Shown here piece after piece: positions 58,401 through 64,000 of a stretch of 64,000 bases of DNA. The stretch is from a virus (taxonomy: Duplodnaviria; Caudoviricetes): IMG/VR virus record IMGVR_UViG_3300027847_001698. One strand, given 5' to 3'. Within the stretch, counting starts at the first letter, position 1; the number at the start of each line of letters is the position of its first letter. The position numbers and the translations under genes are program-made. Under the pieces are notes generated by a model. The model had not been told where the DNA came from and searched no databases. It saw nothing but the letters and a program-made list of their open reading frames with translations.

Positions 58401-59665
58401 GTAAGCAAATAGATACCAATTGCACTATCTTTATCAAACGAATCACTAATTTGATTTATTGAGTCCTTTGATGTGGTGACCATCATCTTGTCCTTTGCTT
58501 CCTCAATAGCCTGTCTAGTTATTGGGACATAGACTGCCATTTGATCCCCATCAAAGTCTGCATTATAAGCTGAACATTTCATGGGATTAATTCTAATGGT
58601 ATTTCCGTCTACTAATACAGGTTTAAATGCTTGCACCGATTCAGCATGGAGACTAGGATCTCTTTTTGCTAATACAATTTTATCTTTGATTGCATTATTT
58701 GTTGAAACTACTAATATGTCATATAACTCTTGAGATATTTCATCATGCTTTGATATTGCAATGAATAGTCTTCTTAGACTTAATGCAGATAATTTACTTC
58801 CGTCAAAACGTTCTAATGCATCAGAAAGCTGTTCTTTTGGTATATTTCCACTATTCAATAAATCAAATATAATAAATGGTTCAAATAGTTTAACAAGAAG
58901 CCTTAATGGTATTCCTAATTCGTCTGCACGTAGTTCGGATGCAGCTCCAGATATAACTGCCCTAGCTGTAAAATCTACTCTCTTACCCAATAAATCACTT
59001 CTAAGTAATCCTTTCTTCTTAGAGACTTTACTTGTAAGATAATTGTATAATTCGAGTACTAACTCATGCATTCTAAATGCTAATACATCATATACGGGTC
59101 CTGATGTTTGTGTTCTTAATTGTAATGACAATCTAAGAATTTTAAGGTAGTAATCATTTAAAGGATTAACTGTAATATCCCCAGTATCAGTGATCTCAAG
59201 TTGTCTATAATCTGGAGGAATAATGATACACTTATCAGTAAATGCATGTCCTTTCTTTGTATAGAAATCAACCATTCCAATTAAATCAGCTCTCGATTTT
59301 GAATCTGCTGAAAATTTTATTTTTGACCAATTATCAACCACTGAAGACATTCCCGTTATCTCACCATCCTCATCAAGAATCAATTCACCGTTCTGTAGAG
59401 TAAATGTTTTCTCTCCTGACATTGCAGTTATAACAGATCTCTTTAATCTCCTTATAGTACCAAATAACGCTGGATGTAAAACATTACAATTTAAATCAAT
59501 GAAAGAATATATTTTTCTTCTATCTGAAGTATCAACTGCCCCAAAGATCTTTTCAGAGAAAAATCCTTCGGGGTGAAATGTTGTAGTTTTTCCTACGAAA
59601 TATTCAGTAGATGTAACAGGAACTAATTTAGATGTCTCCTTATCTATATTCAACAATTTTAGCAT
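55493..59665 (-). CDS. rpoC: Multisubunit RNA polymerase beta'-like subunit, set 2, intein-containing
   Basis: LGKRVDFTARAVI, KRDPSLH, catalytic YNADFDGDQMA, TADTGYLSRQL, GTQMIMK//TFHSGG split by an intein. Confidence 0.94.
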   Translation of the reverse strand: MLKLLNIDKETSKLVPVTSTEYFVGKTTTFHPEGFFSEKIFGAVDTSDRRKIYSFIDLNCNVLHPALFGTIRRLKRSVITAMSGEKTFTLQNGELILDEDGEITGMSSVVDNWSKIKFSADSKSRADLIGMVDFYTKKGHAFTDKCIIIPPDYRQLEITDTGDITVNPLNDYYLKILRLSLQLRTQTSGPVYDVLAFRMHELVLELYNYLTSKVSKKKGLLRSDLLGKRVDFTARAVISGAASELRADELGIPLRLLVKLFEPFIIFDLLNSGNIPKEQLSDALERFDGSKLSALSLRRLFIAISKHDEISQELYDILVVSTNNAIKDKIVLAKRDPSLHAESVQAFKPVLVDGNTIRINPMKCSAYNADFDGDQMAVYVPITRQAIEEAKDKMMVTTSKDSINQISDSFDKDSAIGIYLLTKDSKSRKAAVRVTRPGQLKGLPINDKVKYGTLDTTVGRIMFNDIFPDGHTFINEQVNQKKLNNIANEYFITYGREKYVDWADKILKISYKYGTIGSPSFGLEDLEIPKSIVDAKKQLVGKSPQEADRIIQQSTVDIGAHLEKKDGNIGTLGKAGVLKGGYDQARQILVAKGLISDNEGNIQEPIAQSYAEGMTSKDFFMSGAGSRRGIADRVLNTADTGYLSRQLVFALQRVEADPTIFNCKTQRGFQLKVTPDIARRLEGRYYLNKVGNPIKLDPSKAMGKVISLKSPLYCISPKICKTCYGDLLERNRTPYVGVLAGQIFGERGTQMIMKCSDGLVHHNSNLIAFKDLWNSVSSDIDIIDGKETKELPSTFTVQGKEGEVKALTIQKHDPTEKMMFITTKSGHTLVCQSNHPLWIKKTSIHSKYSNDKCRLIGDRLYNETQSTRTPFTITDEELIEIEASELTKHDAIWIDSTIASNNKKRVVPGVSGYVAGIYCAEGCKAGEGRNTKGNIISQHDNYIKPRIISELKKQYNDIRVYDKYITIVDNDRYVNDVVYGSYAWEKRLPENFIDFSKSWLKDFLSGMIDGDGTVFNTASTCCRVYTCSYYLVQQIKAICDKLGYKCNTCIVPPDKEGSKGCKQKRPNFAIDIRFLKNENLSSEKLKANGKILPIKIRRDLPVRGFDVVSTVKDIWKWDYPVYDIQTNTKDYMLGGIQNHNTFHSGGAISVTAVDIIKPLTANMDVKTSQYFSKMFSQKINDLVTKTSGSIIINRNQFLDPKKDIKKVGDTFELEYGYFEIVTKDRVVIDCALDFHTHIPLKGRQVQDDGNIITIPFSDNSAVFTCPASTSDFSDKVRIINHLLSGKKPWKSADHFCMKIYDQYGPMTGADMVHFEILASQLLRDKSNPSFPARLNKDYNAIVVSLKKIPSLESWLSALSFENPGLAVMTGLTYDRDQSESILEQMVNGTL
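56246..57403 (-). mobile_element. Intein (~386 aa) with LAGLIDADG homing endonuclease, in the beta' trigger loop
   Basis: Starts at Cys (CSDGLVH), ends GIQNHN, +1 residue Thr; VAGIYCAEG and FLSGMIDGDG motifs; YDIQT block F. Confidence 0.92.
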
Positions 59666-59712
59666 AAATATTTCCTTCCGTTACACGTTATCTATATACA
59701 GAAACTTATATT

Positions 59713-60855
59713 TTAGAGAGTCTTTTCGAATTCTTCTCTACCATCTACATCACTTTGCTTAACTTTACTTAGATTATAATTATCTACCATTTCTGCAAAT
59801 AGGTACATAATAATAGCTCCACATATAATCGGAATTGCAACCTTTATTGTTAATTCCCCAATCTTGGTTCCATGAAATTTTCCTTTACTAAGAGCGCTAC
59901 TAAGAGATTTAGGGGGAGCTAAGTCATGATGTTTAATCTTCTTACCAGTAGAATCAACAACCTTTTTAATGAGACCTGTATTCAGGTCCTTTGCCGTGTC
60001 CTTGATTATTGTTGATCCGTCTGTCGACCATATGGCTTTCTTTGTCTTTTCATAGGAGCCTTTTATCCCCGTAAGCCAAGGAATTTCATCACCAGCATTT
60101 GCAACAAAATCTTTAATACCCCATATACCTCTAGCTAAACCTTTACCCAATACACTAAATGCTCCAATTACTTTAGTTTTGAATACTTTTGTTCTAATAA
60201 AAATAAGGAATGCTGTAATTATAGCAGTACCAATAGCAAATCTACCCTGTTCCTTTTCTAACTTTAAGGTAGTAAACCATCTCTTAAATCCAGAAATTAC
60301 ATTTTTAGATGCAGATTTAATATCAATTACTTTTGATTTATCTCGCATATCTTTAGTTTGTTCAACTGCATTAATAATACATGTTATAGTTAAAATCAAT
60401 GCGATAGGAATAACAATAGGGGCATTTAATAAACCCAATGATACTCCAAATCCAACAGTCCCTAATGCCTTAACTACCACGACCAATGATGCATCAAATA
60501 CCTGATCAACATCTCCAGCTTTCAATCCAGGAAGTTTTTTGTCAAGATAACCGGTCAGCTTCTTTAAAAATGATTTTGCTTCTCGGGTTGTTTTAGGTCC
60601 ATCACGTTTAACAGGAGAGTTAGTGCGAGATGGCTTAGATGTATCACCAAATAGATCATCATCCGCCGACGCTAATGCTAGTTGTGTCGCATTAATAACA
60701 ACTTTCTTATGATTACTAAATACTTTCTTTATATCCGCCCAATTTTTAATGTTAGATGTTGAATCTATTGCTTTCTTTAATGGACGCAGTTTAGTAAATT
60801 CTAATACAACGCTTCCCTCTTGTAGATAAGAAGTAATTTTTTTCTCTGAACTCAT
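59713..60855 (-). CDS. Membrane-spanning, Lys-rich putative virion cargo protein
   Basis: N-terminal SYLQEG; three or four hydrophobic segments. Confidence 0.6.
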   Translation of the reverse strand: MSSEKKITSYLQEGSVVLEFTKLRPLKKAIDSTSNIKNWADIKKVFSNHKKVVINATQLALASADDDLFGDTSKPSRTNSPVKRDGPKTTREAKSFLKKLTGYLDKKLPGLKAGDVDQVFDASLVVVVKALGTVGFGVSLGLLNAPIVIPIALILTITCIINAVEQTKDMRDKSKVIDIKSASKNVISGFKRWFTTLKLEKEQGRFAIGTAIITAFLIFIRTKVFKTKVIGAFSVLGKGLARGIWGIKDFVANAGDEIPWLTGIKGSYEKTKKAIWSTDGSTIIKDTAKDLNTGLIKKVVDSTGKKIKHHDLAPPKSLSSALSKGKFHGTKIGELTIKVAIPIICGAIIMYLFAEMVDNYNLSKVKQSDVDGREEFEKTL

Positions 60856-60870
60856 TAGTGTAATCCTATT

Positions 60871-61764
60871 TTACTGTGTCTCTGGTGGCTCTATGCTACC
60901 TGTTTTACGTTCTGTAGATTGGCTTTGGTCAGCTTCTCTAGCTGCTACTTTAAATTTCTTCAATCTTTCTTCTTCTGTTTTTAAGATGTCATTATATTTT
61001 GCAACATGCTCAATCAGTTTACGTTGACATGATTCTGGATTATCGGTCACTTTACAATCACTTACATCCCGACGCAATTTAGCTATGACATCTGCTAATC
61101 CTCCAATTTTACATCTAGAAATACATATTTTTAAATCCAAACCTTGGTGATTCTCCTTACGACATTTATCCTTACATAAACTTTTTCTTTTCTCAATTGA
61201 TATAAATAATATTTTAGTTAATAGTTTAGACATTATCTCATAACCAACCATAATCATAAATACTGCGGCAGCCGCCTTTCCACCCTTCCCAAGTTTTCCT
61301 GCTATATTACTTAACCCTGTATTAAGTCCTCTAGATTTTGGCGTAAGACCTAATGTCTTAGCTGTGTTCCCAATCTTCTTAGCTACTGCCGTATAATATC
61401 CTTTATTTTTACCAGTCTTAAATGAATGTAATAATTTCTTTTTTATTCCGCCTGCAAACAATGCAAGAGATAAAGTCATTATACCAGAAATTATTCCTTC
61501 AGTATTTTTTAACCTAAGATTCCTCTGGGCATCAGCTTCTACTTCTCCTAGATTAGCTTCTTCTAACATATCAAAGTTTCTTCCAACTGAAAGAACTACT
61601 TCATTATATGACATTTCATGGACAATATAACTAGTCAATCCTCCATAGTCTTTATACTCGCCTTGATCAATTGCATCTAATAGATATGCTCTACAAAAGA
61701 TATCTACACTATTTTTATCTATCATTCTATGAAACTCCAATTTTTTAATTTGTTCTTGTCGCAT
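60871..61764 (-). CDS. Membrane protein with a Cys-rich C-terminal helical domain, putative virion cargo
   Basis: Two hydrophobic segments; CKDKC...CISRC...DCKVTDNPESC. Confidence 0.6.
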   Translation of the reverse strand: MRQEQIKKLEFHRMIDKNSVDIFCRAYLLDAIDQGEYKDYGGLTSYIVHEMSYNEVVLSVGRNFDMLEEANLGEVEADAQRNLRLKNTEGIISGIMTLSLALFAGGIKKKLLHSFKTGKNKGYYTAVAKKIGNTAKTLGLTPKSRGLNTGLSNIAGKLGKGGKAAAAVFMIMVGYEIMSKLLTKILFISIEKRKSLCKDKCRKENHQGLDLKICISRCKIGGLADVIAKLRRDVSDCKVTDNPESCQRKLIEHVAKYNDILKTEEERLKKFKVAAREADQSQSTERKTGSIEPPETQ

Positions 61765-61788
61765 ATTTAAAATAGTCAGGATCCTTTC

Positions 61789-61817
61789 TTGTATGTCGAG
61801 TCAGCTCTATATATATT
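61789..61817 (+). promoter_or_regulatory. Sigma70-like promoter upstream of the plus-strand gene
   Basis: TTGTAT-N17-TATATT, followed by RBS AGGAG before ATG 61855. Confidence 0.45.
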
Positions 61818-61854
61818 ACTTTACCAAGAGTAACATTTATCAATAGGAGCATCC

Positions 61855-63261
61855 ATGATAAAACTCAACAAAACAGAGAAGAGGAAATATGATGTTGTAT
61901 ACATCAACGGGGAAGAGGAAGAAAATTTGGTTTCTCTAGACCTTATTTTTACCCCTGCCACAAATAAGTTTGACAAGATTGTAGAGTTTGTAGAAGATTG
62001 CTCTTTGACATTAGGAGCCGAATTTGATGATTGGTTCAAATCATATATAACAGAATACATATCATCAGGATATGATTCAGGAATCATCAAAAAGAATATT
62101 CCGCAGATAACTTCATTGTGTGATAAATACCTTGAAGCATGTGAAATTGATTTTGATGGATATGTGGATAAAGGTAAAGTATCTAAAAATTCGATTTTTT
62201 TCGATTCGCCTGAAATCAAGAAGATCGTGCGCGTATCTAATTATTTAAAGTTATATTTTATTATATCACAGGACATCAATCTAAAATTACCAATAAAGTT
62301 TCATAGAGAAGTATACAATGAATTAGTAGCACCAATAACGGAATGTGATATTCTACACAAGCTATTCAAGATTGTATCTTCTAAAACATATAAGTATAAT
62401 ATGTCTGATTCATATATGTGGGAATACATTAGAACGATCTACTGTAAAACTACGGACATGCACATCATGTCTATTTTTAATTTTATTGTCAACAACATTC
62501 TTGTAGCATGTGATACAAGAAAGAATCCAATACCATTCATCATTACAGTTGTTGATGAATCTATTAGATGGATCCTTCAAAGTGTATATAAGGATGCAGT
62601 TGTATATTCTGATACAATAAACACAGAAGATACATATTCAACTCCAGGTAAAGATAATCTCAAAACATATGCATACAATGACTCAATTGGTAAATTGGTT
62701 GTTATCGCATATAACTATCTGGAAGATCATGGAATTTCCGATGTATCGTTTAATGAATCAGTAAAGGCAAATAATGAAATTTCATTATTCTCAACCTATT
62801 TGACATATCCGATTTTATGTAAAGTACTTAACATCCCATATCGTCATTTCCTAACGATTCCTGCTGAACATGGTTATCTGTTGAATATCTTATTGTACCA
62901 TCACTTACCTGAAGGATTCAAACGTAAATATTCGACAATTATAAATCTCCTATTATTCTACAACAAGAATAAGGCGATATCGAAAACAACTTATAAAATT
63001 AAAGATATAAATCATTTTACTTCGACTACTGGGAACTTCCTTGGATTCAAAAACCAAATGTTTGTTTATGAATTCTATTCTAGTATTGTAGGTAAAATTG
63101 CTAGAAACTCATATATCGGTTTTAAAACCGGAGAAGAGATATCTAATTTTCCTTTAGCCAAACTTGAAAAGGATTTAGTATCATTTTATAATGATTACTT
63201 TGATGGTAAGTTAGATGAACCATTTAAAGAGATTCAAGATAAATTAGATTCACTAGTATAA
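61855..63261 (+). CDS. Hypothetical alpha-helical protein (468 aa), opposite strand
   Basis: Long ORF with RBS and its own candidate promoter; no motif recognised. Confidence 0.8.
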   Translation: MIKLNKTEKRKYDVVYINGEEEENLVSLDLIFTPATNKFDKIVEFVEDCSLTLGAEFDDWFKSYITEYISSGYDSGIIKKNIPQITSLCDKYLEACEIDFDGYVDKGKVSKNSIFFDSPEIKKIVRVSNYLKLYFIISQDINLKLPIKFHREVYNELVAPITECDILHKLFKIVSSKTYKYNMSDSYMWEYIRTIYCKTTDMHIMSIFNFIVNNILVACDTRKNPIPFIITVVDESIRWILQSVYKDAVVYSDTINTEDTYSTPGKDNLKTYAYNDSIGKLVVIAYNYLEDHGISDVSFNESVKANNEISLFSTYLTYPILCKVLNIPYRHFLTIPAEHGYLLNILLYHHLPEGFKRKYSTIINLLLFYNKNKAISKTTYKIKDINHFTSTTGNFLGFKNQMFVYEFYSSIVGKIARNSYIGFKTGEEISNFPLAKLEKDLVSFYNDYFDGKLDEPFKEIQDKLDSLV

Positions 63262-63270
63262 GAGGATTGA

Positions 63271-63463
63271 ATGGTTATTAAAAATCCTGAGAAATTAATT
63301 GAAAAACTAAATAGTTTACAACAAGAATGGAATGAAGGTCAATCATATCATTGGGGGTAACGATGATCATAGATATGACGAAGGTATCGAGACAGGAAAA
63401 CAAGGATGTGCTTCGGAACTAGAAGATTTACTTCTAGTTCATAATTTACTCAAACCTAAATAA
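63271..63463 (+). pseudogene. Small ORF apparently frameshifted at a G5 run
   Basis: MVIKNP...SYHWG* continues in another frame as GNDDHRYDEGIETGKQGCASELEDLL...K*; deleting one G at 63353-63357 gives a single 63-aa ORF. Confidence 0.45.
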
Positions 63464-63503
63464 AGGTTAGTCAATAAGACTAATTAATAAGAACGATATT
63501 AGT

Positions 63504-64000
63504 TTATGTAATCAACTGTTTAAGTTCTGCCGTATGTTTTTTCAAACCATATAATTCTTGTGCATACAATGATGCATAGCGTTTATGAGCAGCATCTTTG
63601 CATATTTCTATATCTTTAGTAATTTTTGGAATTAATGTGGATACAAAGAATTTAGCTTTCTTGTTATCATCTACTTCTTTTCCCATTTTGTACAACCTGT
63701 ATTGTTTATTATATTTATACAAAATTACACTCATAACATAAACGGGATGTCTTTTTGCCAATTCTTCGAGTGGAAGTTCCGCAGCCGTTTCTTTCATGGA
63801 AGAAAATTTATCTTTACGTAATTTAATAAACAATTCATTAATAAGTGCTAATATTCCTGCAATTCCTGCAATTTTTCCTAATGACAAATTTTTGAAAATA
63901 GGAACTACATATGGGTTGGAAGGCACCTGTAACCAAGATAATATCCCAGCAAATGTTATAGATGTTATCCCCATTCTACTCAAAACAAATCCTATTTTGC
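63504..64000 (-). CDS. Membrane protein, putative virion cargo (5'-partial, start beyond the right edge)
   Basis: The frame stays open upstream of the listed TTG at 63983 to the window edge; hydrophobic ITFAGILSWL and IAGIAGILALI segments. Confidence 0.6.
   Translation of the reverse strand, partial: KIGFVLSRMGITSITFAGILSWLQVPSNPYVVPIFKNLSLGKIAGIAGILALINELFIKLRKDKFSSMKETAAELPLEELAKRHPVYVMSVILYKYNKQYRLYKMGKEVDDNKKAKFFVSTLIPKITKDIEICKDAAHKRYASLYAQELYGLKKHTAELKQLIT

Noticed and set aside
61821-62219. Minus-strand 132-aa ORF in the track
   Set aside because: It overlaps the longer plus-strand gene that has an RBS and promoter, so it is probably a shadow.
1-64000. tRNA/rRNA genes, integrase, alternative genetic code
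   Set aside because: No cloverleaf or rRNA-like segments or recombinase motifs were recognised by eye. Long genes are intact under the standard code, so there is no sign of stop-codon reassignment. A tRNAscan/Infernal run would be needed to exclude small RNAs.

Overview
A 64-kb segment of an AT-rich, large (jumbo-type) tailed-phage genome. Genes are densely packed and almost all lie on the minus strand. Left end: morphogenesis genes (a partial tape-measure-like protein running off the edge, an HExxH protein, a T4-gp17-type large terminase, a probable baseplate hub). Middle: replication, recombination and nucleotide genes (RecD/Dda-like helicase, ATP-dependent ligase, mini PolB-like protein, Mre11/Rad50, UvsW-like and SNF2 helicases, type IIA topoisomerase, SSB) and a dispersed 7-deazaguanine pathway (queC, class II Gat, folE, queD). 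There are two complete, unsplit beta/beta' RNA polymerase pairs. One sits among replication genes. The other sits among putative virion-cargo membrane proteins and has a LAGLIDADG intein in the beta' trigger loop. The most striking element is a phage-encoded ubiquitin-like conjugation system. One run of genes reads [winged-helix + Ubl-like fusion ending NKAA] -> intrinsic terminator -> large E2-domain protein -> E1/ThiF -> JAB/MPN deconjugase. A second paralogous module (degenerate E1, a small candidate Ubl, E2) lies just upstream of the first RNAP pair. All calls come from motifs read by eye; no database searches were run. No tRNA, rRNA or CRISPR array was recognised.
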